From Mobula hypostoma (lineage: Eukaryota), in the NCBI RefSeq assembly GCF_963921235.1, contig NC_086108.1, forward strand, positions 66,156,001 through 66,220,000: DNA of 64,000 nt. Direction: 5' to 3'. How positions within the stretch are numbered: the stretch's first letter is position 1; every line of letters starts with the position of its first letter. Below the pieces are notes generated by a model. The model had not been told where the DNA came from. It saw nothing but the letters and a program-made list of their open reading frames with translations, and did not search any database. The position numbers and the translations under genes were made by a program. Shown one piece after another: positions 12,009 through 26,204 of the stretch.

Positions 12009-15000
12009 CTTGATGTTGCTGCTCACGTCCTCCACAGTGATAATAAAGTAAAGGTTGCATGATGCAGTCAAAGTATGAGTTACTGCATTGTATTCTAGAT
12101 AGTACAAAAGCCCAATATGTAAGCTTCTATAACAACTCTTTGTGGGGAAAAGGAGGTGTAAGTCTTAGGAGGGATGAAAAATCTTTGGGGGTAGCGTTTC
12201 AAGGCAGATAGAAAAGTTTTGAAGGGAGTTAGAGACCTTTGAGTGTAAATGATGAAATATCCACCTCAGGGATCTCATCCTTTGCTTTCATCATCACATT
12301 AGCTTCTGATCGGTGATGACTTCAAATGAATAGATGGTGCACCTGATAGGGAATGATAGTTGGTGCATGGTGTATGATGATCATTGCATGAAACTTAAGT
12401 GGAACAAACATTGCTCTCTTTAATCAGACCAAATGTAGATTTATTCATATCCCATTGAACACCAATTTAAGCAATTCATAATCTGCCCCATTTGCATTGT
12501 TTCTACCATAGTCTATCATTTACTTATATACACTATATTTTCTGTTATGAAAAAAATCTGCATGTTTTTTCTTTATTGTCTTCTGGAGATTATAAATTCA
12601 CTGAAAATTCTCTTGAACATGCAACTTATCGAAAATTGAACTGAGAAAATTTGTTTGAGAAGGGGTATGAAAATTTTGATCATCTCACATCTGATATGCA
12701 TTGGGTTTCTTTCAACACACCTACAATTATTTATGGCACATGCATAGTGTATGAACAACAGAGGACGTGTTTCCAGCAGGAAATTCCTGTCCACAATAAT
12801 TACTTTACCACACATGAAGAAGCCAATGTGGCTACACCACAGCTTTCCAAATCCCTGGTGGTCCCCATGCAGTTTCTGGTGCCAATATCATTAAGCAGCC
12901 CCACACAAATAAAGTTGCATTTTAATTAAGACTGAGCCTTTTCCCCAAGTCATTTCTGTTGCACATGTGTGTAACTTGTGATAATATGACATCAATACTC
13001 TGATGGCAAAGTATATTTCAACAAGCTGAATATATTGCTTAAATGCCTTGATATAAGCAAAGACAAAATAAAGAATATTTTTTCGCTCAAAACATGCTGA
13101 GTTAGTTTTTTTTCTGCATGTATCTGAATCAAGATTCATTTCTTAACTACTACCCATACTCTATTTTCCCTTCAAAGAATAAATATTTTAATTGCCTTAT
13201 TTATTTTGATAGAGCACTAATAAAATATTGTATACTCATGTTCCTTTAAAATTAAAAAGTCACTTCCCAAAGAAGAAAAACATTTACTCACCGGCTCCTA
13301 ACTTAAAGCTGGCCTCATGTAAGATTAGGAAGATTTCCTCATGGGGGCATTTGTTTAAGTAATGGAAATTTAGCTTTACAATTAAAACAGTGTTTGTTAA
13401 GGAACAGCTTTAAATAGAATTGTTCTAAGGAAAGAAAACATTTATATTGGAGATGTTTTTTTTCCTTCAGAAGTTAGTACCATTCTGTCACTGAGTATTG
13501 TCAGTAAAGGAGAAACATTGTGAGTAAGGAATGAACTGCTGGTTGCAAAAGAGGAAAATGAAGCTCAGAGTTCAAAATTACAAACAAATGAAAGGCTTTC
13601 TTGATAAATGAGCACAGAAAGTCCTAAAGAAGAACCTCTGTTAAAATTTTTTGAAGTTGATAGGAAAATCTCAGTCTGATCCAAAGTAGGGTGGCTTTGT
13701 AAAGGAGAGGGACTTTTTGACCCAGTCATTTTGCTTATCTCCTCACCTCTGGAACTTTCATTTGAACTTAGCCTTGTTTGGGCTACAGATTCTGTTCTCT
13801 TCTGTCACATGTGCTGCCCTTCCTGAAATTCTACCCTAAACTCCTGTGTTCAGATTTTTCAAAGCCTTATTTTTTACAAAATCTAGTTCAGATAAAGTTC
13901 ACTGCAGTTAATATTCTTCCTTTGGGTTCACCATCCATAGTTCTCATCTCAATAAAGTGCTATATTAAAGGCACTATGTACAGTAAAATTAAGCAGCTTT
14001 TGGTACCTTAAACAGCATGAAAAAAGAGAAGCAGGAATAGACCCCCTGAGCCTGCTCCACCATTCAATAAACATTTGTATTGATGCTAATTCTACCATTG
14101 CATGGTCCTGGGTTGTTGATTTGTTTAAAATTTGAAAATCTATGGAAGCAAATCTAGGTATACAGTATCGGGATAGAGCAGAGTTAGATAACACACATTC
14201 TTGTTGGGCTCAGAGGGATGCCCTACACCTCTTATTTTATACATTCTTTTATAAAAGAACTGATTCAAATTTGTCAGTCTTCAATAATTTGAATGAAAGA
14301 TGTTTTGCAGCCCTAATGTACTAAGAGCCAAGTTACAAAATTGAAGTACCAAACTGTACATAAATTTAATAACAATTGACATTAAAGTTACATCAGCAAG
14401 GATAACTAATGAGAAACCAAGTTTACAGCTAACAAGGTAGAGCAAACAACTTCCTGCAATCTTGGGCCGATTGGATGAGTAAGTAAAATTCAGATTAGGT
14501 GGATTTCAATGATGTATTACTGACAAATGCAGAATAACCTGTTTAGGTCCTGATATTTAATTAAAGCAGTAATTCTGCCTTGGTACACCATTAAATTTTC
14601 ATGTACACCTCTTGCAGTAAAATGCAATATTTAATAATATAAGAAATAAGAGTAAGATATATGATGTCACTCTTTGAGACTGCTCTGCTGTTTATTAAGA
14701 TCTTGACTGTTCGTGTCTTGGCCACAGTTCCACTTTGCTGCCCAATTGCCATGATTCCTGGCTACTTTAGTGAATAAAATTGTACTTACCTCATCTCTGA
14801 AGATATCTAATGACTCAGCCTCCACACAGGTCTCGTGGGCAGTGAAATCTAGAGACTCAAAAGTGTGTGAGGAAAGAAGTTCCTTCTCATCTCCACCTTA
14901 AATTGGTTACTGCTTATTCAGACAATGTGTTGCGTTTCCTTCTAACATCCTTCCAGTCTCTACCTTGTCAAGTCATCCAGTTTACCTTTCATTCTTCTGA

Positions 15001-15499
15001 AATCCAATGAGAATAGACTCAACTTGCTCAACCTTTTCTTATACACCAATCTTTTCATCCCTCCAGGAGACAATCTAGTGAAAGGCTTGAAGACTCCCAC
15101 TCAAGTTACATTTTGATCCCCTGTTACTTTTAATGTTTTTTCCAAGTGTTCAATATAAGAAGTGCTGATTCATTGGCTGAGAAAGGATGGTAGGTGGTAA
15201 TCATCAGGAAATTTTTTAGCCTGCGTTTGGTTTGATGCCATGAAACTTCAAGGAGTCTGAAATGAATGTTGCAGAGTCCCAGGACCATTTCTTCCTGACT
15301 TTATACCACTGAGAACCATGGTCTGGTGAGTCTGTTTTAGTGAAGGGACAGAATAATTGTAAGGATATTGCTGGAGATGTGTGGCGCTTCTGTAAGATGT
15401 AATTCTGTGAGGATGACTATATCAGGATGTAGCCACTGGGACAGCTCTCTCAGTTTAGATGCCAGTTCCAAAATCTTTATGAAGTAAAAACAGTAAAGA

Positions 15500-16190
15500 A
15501 AAACTCAGCAGGGCAGGTAGTGTACTTAAAAAGAGAAAGGGAGTTAAAGTTTTGGGTCAAAGACCCTTTGTCGGAACTGGGGAGAGAAAACACGCTAGTG
15601 TTAAGCTATGGGGGAGATGGCAGTGTGAGATATTGGGCAAAGTGAACATCTCTAAAAGGGTGAGGTCAATGTTGCCCTGGGGTTAAACTGTGAACAAGAT
15701 CATCTGGTCAATGGGTTAATGGGGTCAATTAGTGAGAAAGAACATGGTTCTTTGTTCATAAAAGGTATGAACTGAGGCCAGCTGGGGAGTGAGAGCATAG
15801 TCAAAGGAATGTTAAAGTTGCAAAATGCAGGATTACAGAACATGTCCATCAGGTCAGGCTGTGTACAGAAGAAAGAAAAACAGCCAATTTAACAGATGGG
15901 TGACCTGGACTGTTCTGTTACAGACAGTGAAAACTAATTACCTAATATTGGCTCCATATTGGTGTGCAAGACTGCAACGTGCTCACATGGAAGATGAGGT
16001 GTTGAGGTTAATTTTGGGCCTCATTATAACAGTGCAGGAAACCACAGAAAGACAACTCAGAGTGAGAGTGAAGGAAGTTCAGGATTGTACTGAAATATAA
16101 CTCTGTTGCTCCTTCCACAGATGTTGCATGACCAGCTGTGTGCTTCCAGAATTTTCAGGTTTATTTCAGATTTCTTGAAGCTGCAGATTA
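15500..16190. mobile_element. Highly decayed Penelope-like terminal fragments
   Basis: AACTCAGCAGGGCAGG..GACCCTTTGTCGGAACT (about 15503-15578) and the inverted CCACAGATGTTGCATGACCAGCTG..TTTCAGATTT (about 16115-16185) resemble the pLTR copies elsewhere in the window. Confidence 0.45.
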
Positions 16191-19100
16191 TTAATTTCAA
16201 ACATTTGTGAGTTGGACTTGGAAGTCTGACTGGACTGGGTGCAACTGTACTATGTCAGAATTTGGTGTCAAAGTTAATGCTGGATAGTCCATTTGGACTT
16301 ATCTTGTGTTTCAAGATAAATTGTGTTTTGATACAACTGAGTGGCTTGCAAAATAGTAATGGAGAAAGCAGTTAGGATTCAGCAGTATTGTTATACTTTT
16401 GGATAAGACTTAGGGATCCATATTTCTTTTCCTGAACCAAAAAGGGCTCTATTATCATTTGATTGTTTCATAGGTACCATGATTGAGATTAGGTAATTAA
16501 AAGCAAAAATCAATTCCCACATTTAGATTCCTAAATATTTATGAATTGAAGTATTGTGATATTGGCCTGTATCTTAAAACCACTATACAATATAAATAGA
16601 CGTTGCTGTTAAAAAATCCTGAGCTTCTTAATGGAAAGTAATTAAGTTATTTTGCAGTTTGAAAGATTATATGGTTTTGCTATCCAAATACTACATTTAT
16701 AATCTTTTTTCTGTGTTAGCCATTAATTATATTCTGGAATATATTTTGTTTCTGTGGCGCATTTGGACAGAGATTACCAGGGAGGAAGGTAAAGAATTCT
16801 TCAGTTTGACAAGATGAGTACAGCATTGCTACTTCCAAGTGTGGAAAAACTGCAGCAGTACTGAACCCTGTGTTAAGCAAAACAATTTCAAAATAACAGC
16901 TGGAAGCTGCTGAAAGCAGGAGAGCCAAATTCCAGTGGTTCAATCAAATGCAGGTGGACATGACACTGGAAGGAATTCTCTAACCCCAAAAGATAGAGCA
17001 GATGATGGCCTTGCAATGCACCAAGAGGTGAAAATTGAGCTCACCTTGGTGTGGCCTGTCCATCGCAATTTCCATTGTTTCATCACTAATGCTTATAATG
17101 TAAATGTGACCATTGGTACTGCCATTTTAGGACCCCTTCTGGTGACTATTTCATCTGTGTCAGAACCTGCTCGTAGCTTGTTAGTTATTTGCAGTATCTG
17201 TCACCACCAGCAATCTCCTTATTTTACAATGCAAGTAAAAGTGAATAATGTAGCCTTGTTTGATGAGCTGTTTATAAAATAATGGTTTTATTTTTGAAAT
17301 TCACTCAGTCTGAGGTTAGGCTGATGTGATAAGATTGGTTGGTTTATGCCATGCCATGATTTACTTTAGTCTCTAAAAAGCACAGCTGGGTTCACATCTT
17401 TAAGATTATATTAAGAACCTCACCATAAGGATTGCTCGGAGGCTATCCCTAATTTATTTGCTAGCATTGCAAATTCAGCGCAGTTAGATCTCTGTAAGTC
17501 TATGACAGTTTCATGTCAATGTCTACTGCAGTTACAGTATATCCCATTTCACAAAATTATGGGCAGAGTATCGGTGATAAAACTTCCACTTTGTAGTGAG
17601 TCTATAATTCTGGTGATGAAATAAAGGAGCCAGATTTAGCGATACAAACCCCAGGAGCTGATCTCCAGATACAGACTACATCAGTGTAAAAGCAGCTGGA
17701 GCTAATCATCAGTTACAGAGTATTTCTCCGTTTTATGGGAAATCTGTGACCTGGCATTCTAATAGAATTTTTCCAGATCTCTCCTTACTCCCTGTAATCA
17801 TTGAGGTTAGGTATTTGAGGTATCTGCCTTCAGATACTCTTATCATTTTATCAAATATATTAAAATATGTTGAAAATATTTCCTTCATAACATTCCAAAG
17901 AACTTCATATTTCATTTTTATACTTCATTGTATGTCCTTATAGAGTTCCCAGTCTCACAAAGAATTGACTGCAGGGAATTAAAGGGGGAACAATGACATT
18001 TCCTCCAAGTGAGTGTCAGCCAATAAGTTGAAGGCAGGGCAGAGGACAGTGTATATCTGCGTTCACTGCAAACATTTATGCAGAAAACAGAGCTAATTTA
18101 CTTAGAAAGCAGACTCTTCAAAGAACAGATATAGAACTCATTACAAAAACTACAACAACAATAAAAGTAGGTTTATTTCATAGTGCAATGAGTGGATGAT
18201 GGGCACTTACAATTTATGTGTGTAAAATCAATCTCATTAGTATCAACAATACACTCACTGTCTAGATTGATATAGTGAAACATCAGTCAGGTCTAGCTGG
18301 GAACAGAGATCTCACTGAAAGAAGGCAAGAAAAAATTAAAGGTAGAAAATTAGACTTCATACCCATTAGCTCATGTTCACTTTGTATTTAAATAGGACTG
18401 TCCTCAATATTTTGTAGTTAAGAGCATAAATAGAGGTGGCACAAGCAGATCAAAAGATCCTGAGTTCAGTTCTTGGTCTATGTTGAGTTAGCTGATTTTG
18501 ATTAAAGCTTCACAGTTGGCCTCAGCGCCCAGGGGCTAGGCAGGAAATAGTCAGGTAGGGTTCCTGGCTGTGATTGTTATGCAATGACTCCTGTACTTAT
18601 ATAGAATTACAGGGACTTTGGGTCAGAATTGGGTTCTATTCGATGTTTTCCTTTATTTAGTTGCATATTAACACTTTGAGTCTAGACACACATAAGTGAA
18701 AAAAAGAGATACCCATGCAAGCAAATTCCAGCAAAATTAAAACCTTCAGAAGACCAAATCCAAATATGGAATTATAAATAAATACATGAACCATTTTAGC
18801 TCTGAATATGACTAATTTTGAATCAGTGCTAATAGTCTTAAAACCATGTTATTCTAAACAGCTGACCAGCTATAAAGAACAAACTCACAAATATTCGTCA
18901 ACATTAGAGGTAACTAGCTTTCTGTTAGCAGATTATTTCAATTTTATACTGAGATGAAAAATATTTTGTGAAAAATAATTGTGGCTTCTCAATATTTTGA
19001 TCTATTTTTGTTTTGGTTTTTAAAATATGTGAAATGCCAAAAAAATGTCTGCTGTGGAAAGTTACTTGTAAAATCAAACACCAATTAAGCAGAGTAGAAC

Positions 19101-19630
19101 AGGCATTTCTGGGCCTGTATCTTGACAGAGTGAAATAGACTTGAAATGACAGAATACAGTCATTAGCAAAGCAGCTGGATTAGACATGATTTCACACCTT
19201 GGGGCACCTTTCATTTTGCTAAGGCCTATGTGACTAGCAAGCTGCAGATGACAGCCTGCAAGAGTCTCGCAATGTTGCCAAGCCACACTGACAGAAACAG
19301 GATGTGCACATTGGAAGAGCCTGGGGGATTTCCTTTGTTGCTGGACTGTAACCAGCTTATAAATACAGTATTGTATAACAAATTAGCAATGACTTTAATG
19401 AATAATGAGAGTTGGTCAGTGAAGTAGCAGTAATTATATGGTTATTATTTTGACATTGTCTTGGCATTTTAATTTTTTTTCTATTTCACATCCTGATTTC
19501 CTTTAATGTCTTGTAATTTTTTGACGTCTTTTAAAATTTTACTGTAGTTAACACTTACTTTTTTTTCTAAATTGCTTGCTGTGATCCTGCTCTCCTTTAG
19601 CCTGCCTAGATTACTCACACTGCAGACATC

Positions 19631-19661
<31 letters not shown>

Positions 19662-19665
19662 ACAC
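19631..19665. repeat. (CA)n microsatellite
   Basis: Read directly from the sequence. Confidence 0.95.
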
Positions 19666-21164
19666 TCACTCATAAACATACTTCGCTCTCTGGTGCTGCA
19701 GTCTTTCTGAAATTAGTTCTAATGTCCCAAAAATATGGGAGTCAGGAAGTACAGAGTAACAAAGGAATGCTATTAGTATGATATAGTGCCTTCTTTTCTG
19801 AAAGCATACAAAGATTGGCGAAGTGGCCTACTCTTGAAGGGACCAGGCACTGCCATGCAAAATGTCATTGTACATCCCAGAAAATCCCGAGCCCAGAGTA
19901 TGTCAGAGGAAGCAGGTGGAATCATTAACATATCTATTTTCTGATTAGTGAATCATATCTTTGGATAGTTTCCTTGGATGCTGCAAAATGCAACCATCTT
20001 GTTAGTGTGCAAAAAAAAGGTAAAGGGCAAAGCAATTAATATGCATCCAAATTGAAATATAGTGACTGAGACAAAAGTACGCATTGCAGCCACATGTCGT
20101 ATATTAGACTTTTGACCACATGCAGTGTGCAGAGATAATACAACTAAAATAAACTAAAAATAACATCAAAAATCAGTTGTGTCTGTAGCATTCAATGAAA
20201 TGAAAATATTGCAATAAATGTACTAAGTATATTGTTCTTTAAATCAGACATCACGTGAAATAAATAGGTGAAGATATTAAAATTGCGATACATGTAAATC
20301 TTATGGCAATAGAATAAAAATAATATAGTTGCCTGTCCAAACTGTTCAACTACCTGAAAATTTATTGTGAAATATATAAAAATATTGATGCACTGAATTC
20401 AGAATAAATTTATCGTGCACTGTAACAGAAAATTGATCAAATTCTTTCAAGTACTCCCACTCCAGTAGAGCATAGGAAGATGTTAAAAGTCAGCTTGTCA
20501 AATCCCATATCCAGCACTTGAGTTAAAACATTTGTGCAATGAACAATTTAGTCTTACATCAGACTTTTGTAAATGTGACCCTTGCTCTCCAAATATTCGA
20601 TCCCCTATGGTATGTACAATCTGCCTGGACCTGTTTCACTGGAGTACCATTTGCTTCGAAGCCACAACTGTGTCTGGTAATTCTTCTCGGTTCTTTGATG
20701 GACCCAATGCGGCAATCCAAACACATGCATTATTTTTAATATAAAAGCTGTATTACCAACACAGAGTATGCTGCAGGGCAGATTCATTTTTTCCTAATAG
20801 GCTATGAAAAGGAGTTACTTTTTAACAGAACATTTGTTGTTTCTGGACACTAAACTTGGCTGCAGTAACCGCTGTCTCAGCCTCTTCCTACCACAGGCTT
20901 TCTGCTAAAGACAGTAGAAATGTCTTCCTTCCATCAATGGGAATGGTGGATTGTACATCCACATTGTCCAGTAAGGAAAAGGTTCCCAGTTTCTGTTTCC
21001 AACCATCTTTCAGGTGCCTACTTCTACTGGTTTGTTTTTACTCTTATTTTCAAACATGTTTAGAATGTGCATCTTCTTCTTACCTTTAATTTTCTTTAAA
21101 TTGTGCTGAGAGAAACTTTACATTCAGTTCCTTAGCCAGTTACAATATTTACGTTGAATCCATA

Positions 21165-21383
21165 AACACAAGAGATTCTGCAGATGTTGGAAATACAGGG
21201 TAACACATTACAATGCTGGAGGAACTTAGTAGGTTAGGCAGCATCTATGGAAAAAAATAAAGAGTCAACATTTTGGTCCGAAACCACCCTGATGAATGGC
21301 CTTGGCCTGAAATATTTACTCCTTATTCTTTTCCATAGATGCTACCTGACTTGCTGAATTCCTCCAGCATTTTGTGTTTGCTA
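21165..21383. mobile_element. Fold-back pair of Penelope pLTR ends with a degenerate hammerhead
   Basis: The left arm CAATGCTGGAGGAACTTAGTAGGTTAGGCAGCATCTATGGAAAA mirrors the right arm TTTTCCATAGATGCTACCTGACTTGCTGAATTCCTCCAGCATTTTG. CTGATGA..GAAA sits near the centre (about 21289-21312). Confidence 0.8.
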
Positions 21384-22514
21384 CTTTGAGTCCATGTTGA
21401 GTTTCTGTTTAGAAAATAGAAGCTATTCTTATAGCCTTTTCTCAGTGACTATACTGTAGTTTTAGAAAAGGTTAACATTAATCCTAATATAACACAGCAT
21501 TTGTTCTGAAAAGTAAACTCCATTTCACCTTTTGTTCCTCTTCATTGTTATTATTTTCTCCCTCTTGCTTACTTTCAATTAATTATTTTATCAATTATTA
21601 TTGTTTTGCTATTCCTATACATTTCTTTTTTCTTAGGACTCCCAATTTATCTGTCTTATATGCTTTATCTCATTATGTTGAAAACGCGATTAATTCTGCG
21701 ATAGTTCAAATTTTCCTGGGAAATTCTCCAACTTCCTGCAGTTCATCAGCAGGATGCTGGGAAATCTGCCTAGTGAGCTGCATCAGGTCACGCTTGTTGT
21801 AGTTCAGTGACTTCCTTCACTTCAATGCAAAGGAACAGCTGTAAGAAACAAATGTATGTATATAGAATTTATTAGAAAAAGACGATGCTTTCCTAGAGTT
21901 GTATTGGATTTGGATTATAAATATTATGCTTGAGTTTAGTGGTGGAGCATAGACCAGAGTATGATACAGCTAGTAGACTAGATCTGTTCTTGCTGTTTGA
22001 GAAGACAATGATACAATTCCTGTGCAATCAACACAAATAGAAATTAAAAATTGCAGATATGTGCAAGGAGAATTTGGGAGGACAATAATCTAGGCCAGAC
22101 CACTAGATGGAGCACAATGTAGAAGCAACATGTAAGATTCAGATTCCACCTTCTGACCAGGTATGAGTGGACATGATAATATTGGCAGGTAAACTCAAAG
22201 TCTGAGGTAAGGGGAATAAATATTCTTGAAGAACGAAGAATGAAACCATTCTTAAAGGAGGAATGAGCTTGCATATATGCCCTGAATAACAATATTGAAT
22301 GCATTTTTTTGCCTGTTTTATTCAATGAACCTTTAAAATTACCCATTGGTCTATCCCCTTTGTTTCATCTCCAAGTATAGCAACCAATGACTGTACACAT
22401 CTTCAGACATATGAGATTTCACAATGAATTCAAAAGTGGTGTGGTTTTATGAGAGGACGGGCAGCGCGCTGCTCTAGATCTCATTATCTGTAGTTGAACT
22501 TCCAAAATAGTAAC

Positions 22515-25292
22515 CAAGTATGATGTAGGAATAACAGAGACATGGCTGCAAGAGGACCTGGGCTGGGAAATGAATATTCAAGGGTATACATCCTGTCGAA
22601 AGGACAGACAGGTCGGCAGAGGGGGTGGGGTGGCTCTGTTGGTGAGGAATGAAATTCAGTCCCTTGCGAGGGCGACATAGAATCAGGAGATGTAGAGTCA
22701 GTATGGATAGAACTGAGAAATTGTAAGGGCAAAAAGCCCCTAATGGGAGTTATCTACAGGCCCCCAAATGGAAGCCTGGATATAGGGTGCAAGTTGAATC
22801 AAGATTTAAAATTGGCATGTTGCAAAGGTAATGCTATGGTTGTTATGGGGGATTTCAACATGCAGGTAGACTGGGAAAATCAGGTTGGTACTGGACCCCA
22901 AGAAAGGGAGTTTGTGGAGTGCCTCCAAAATGGATTCTTAGAGCAGCTTGTATTGGAACCTACCAGGGAGAAGGCAATTCTGGATTTAGTGTTGTGTACG
23001 GAACCAACTTTGATAAGGGAACTCGAGGTAAAGGAGCCATTAGGAGGTAGTGACCATAATATGATAAGTTTTAATCTACAATTTGAGAGGGAGAAGGGAA
23101 AATCGGAAGTATCTGTGTTACAGTTGAACAAAGGGGACTATGGAGCCATGAGGGAGGAGCTGGCCAAAGTTGACTGGAAAGATACCCTAGCAGGGATGAC
23201 AGTGGAACAACAATGGCAGGAAATTCTGCGAATAATACAAAGGTGCAGGATCAGTTCATTCCAAAGAGGAAGAAAGATTCTAAGGGGAGTAAGGGGCGAC
23301 CGTTCTGACGAGGGAAGTCAAGGACAGTATAGAAATAAAAGAGAAGAAGTATAACATAGCAAAGATAAGTGGGAAGCCAGAGAATTAGGAAACTTTTAAA
23401 GAGCAACAGAGGATACTTAAAAAGGCATTACAGGGAGAAAAGATGAGATACGAAGGCAAACTACCCAAGAATATAAAGGAGGATAGTAAAAGCTTCTTTA
23501 GGTATGTGAAAAGGAAAAAATTAGTTAAGACCAACGTTGGGCCCTTGAAGACAGAAACGGGTGAATTTTTTATGGGGAGCAAGGAAATGGCAGATGAGTT
23601 GAACAGATACTTTGGATCTGTCTTCACTAGGGAAGACACAAACAATCTCCCAGATGTAATAGTGGCCGGAGGACCTAGGGTAACAGAGGAACTGAAGGAG
23701 ATTCACATTAGGCAGAAAATGGTGTTGGATAGACTGATGGGACTGGAGGCTGATAAATCCCCAGGGCCTGATGGTCTGCACCCTAGGGTACTTAAGGAGG
23801 TGGCTCTAGAAACCGTAGACGCATTGGTAATCATTTTTCAGTGTTCTATAGATTCAGGATCAGTTCCTGAGGACTGGAGGGTAGCTAATGTTATCCCATT
23901 CTTTAAGAAAGGAGGGAGAGAGAAAACAGGGAATTATAGACCAGTTAGCCTGACATCAATGGTAGGGAAGATGCTGGAGTCAATTATAAAGGATGAAATA
24001 GTGACACATCTGGATAGCAGTAACAGGATTGGTCTGAGTCAGCATGGATTTACGAAGGGGGAATCATGCTTGATTAATCTTCTGGAATTTTTTGAGGATG
24101 TAACTATGAAAATGGACAAGGGAGAGCCAGTGAATGTAGTGTACCTGGACTTTCAGAAAGCCTTTGATAAGGTCCCACATAGGAGATTAGTGGGCAAAAT
24201 TAGAGTACATGGTATTGGGGGTAGGGTACTGACATGGATAGAAAATTGGTTGGCAGACAGAAAACAAAGAGTAGGGATTAACAGGTCCCTTTCACTAATT
24301 GGATACTGCAAGGGTCGGTGCTGGGACCGCAGCTATTTACAATCTACATTAATGATTTAGATGAAGGGATTAAAAGTAACATTACCAAATTTGCAGACGA
24401 CACAAAGCTGGGTGGCAGTGTGAAATGTGCGGAGGATGTTGTGATAATGCAGGATGACTTGGACAGGTTGGGTGAGTGGACAGATGCAGTTTAATGTGGA
24501 TAAATGTGAGGTTATCCATTTTGGTGGCAAGAACAGGAAGACAGATTACTATTTGAATGGTGTCAAGTTAGGAAAAGGGGAAGTACAACAAGATCTAGGT
24601 GTCCTTGTTCATCAGTCACTGAAAGTAAGCATGCAGATACAGCAGGCATTGAAGAAAGCTAATGGTATGTTAGCCTTCATAACAAGGGGAGTTGAGTATA
24701 GGAAGAAAGAAGTCCTTCTGCAGTTGTACAGGGCCCTGGTGAGACCACACCTGGAGTATTGTGTACAGTTTTCATCTCCAAATGTGAGGAAGGACATTCT
24801 TGCTATTGAGGGAGTACAGCGTAGGTTCACGAGGTTAATTCCTGGGATGGCGGGACTGTCACATGTTGAAAGATTGGAGCGACTGGACTTGTATACACTG
24901 GAATTCAGAAGGATGAGAGGGGATCTGATTGAAACATATAAAATTATTAAGGGATTGGACACGCTAGAGGCAGGAAACATATTCCCGATGTTGGGAGAGT
25001 CCAGAAGTCCAGAACCAGAGGCCACAATTTGAGAATAAGGGGTAGGCCATTTAGAACAGAGTTGAGGAAAAACTTTTTTACCAGAGAGTTGTGGATCTGT
25101 GGAATGCTCTGCCTCAGAAGGCAGTGGAGGCCAATTCTCTGGATGCTTTCAAGAAAGAGTTAGATAGAGCTGTTAATGATAGCGGAGTCAAGGGATATGG
25201 AGAGAAGGCAGGAACGGGGTACTGATTGTGGTTGATCAGCCATGATCACAGTGAATGGTGGTGCTGGCTCGAAGGGCCGAATGGCCTACTCC
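22515..25292 (+). mobile_element. CR1-clade LINE with nearly complete but frameshifted ORF2 (APE endonuclease plus RT) and 3' UTR
   Basis: ITETW, GVIYRPPN, MGDFN, LGGSDHN (APE). KSPGPDGLHP, NYRPVSLTS, QHGF, LDFQKAFDKVPH, FADD (RT). (CTATTGT)n tail at about 25277-25292. Confidence 0.95.
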
Positions 25293-26204
25293 TGCATCTA
25301 TTGTCTATTGTCTCACCAGTTATTAATAACCATGTGTTAAGGTCGGTCTTCAAAGGGATTCTGGAATGCCAGAATATATACAGATGAATCCTTTGAGTTG
25401 TGGAAGTGATGACTGAAGTTGACATAGCCTTTGAGTTCTGATCTGCCTCCTTGAAGTTCCACATATAAAGAGATTCAACATTCTTCAATGTAAGATTGTT
25501 TTACCACTGACCCTGGTAAGATCTAAAATGAAAATAGCTAAGAATATGAACTATATGATCCATTTAGACCTCTGCAAAGGAGAATTTAAAGTAAAATCAT
25601 GGCTGATCCAACATTTCAAAACCAATTTTCCAATTAATCTTTTGGTCCAAAAAATTCTATTGTCTCACTTTAGAATCACTGAGCATCTGCAGATACCCAG
25701 TGCAAAGAATTTCAAAGACTTAATGCCCTATGCAAAAAGAAATTTCCCTGAACTTCAGTCCTCAGAATGTGACCTCTTTCGAGGATCAAATTATGCAGTG
25801 CCAGGTTCACGAGTCTGAGAAAACACTCTCTCAACTTCCATTTCCTCTTAGGTACTTGTTGGTCTCAACAAAACCACATTTCACCTATCATTTTACTTTA
25901 AAGTTTAATTTCTGCTCTCCTTCCTGTTATTATTAATGTTTTTGATTGAACACTGAAACTAGCCACTGTACATATAAAATAAAATTTATTCTTAATTTTG
26001 AGCTTCCCAAAAAATGTTAAATATAGGATATCAGAATGGGTGAATCTTTTATCTGCCACCATTCTCTCTGCAGTTCTGCTACAAATGGATTAACTATTGC
26101 ATGAAGGAACAAGGGTGGGGCAAGATGGTGGTGGGTTGAGGTCTATCCAAAGAGAAATAAATGATTTATAATAGCTGAGGGGCACAAATGTGATGTCTTA
26201 TCAA

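Noticed and set aside
16720..16788. Possible 69-bp plus-strand exon (TTAG|..AAG|GTAAAG)
   Set aside because: No recognisable protein in any frame and no partner exons. Such sites arise by chance.
18450..18580. tRNA-like B-box remnant
   Set aside because: No cloverleaf. At most an ancient SINE fragment that I cannot assign with confidence.
22449..22484. GC-rich palindrome GCAGCGCGCTGC within a short hairpin
   Set aside because: Too short to assign, and only a weak partial resemblance to a REST half-site.
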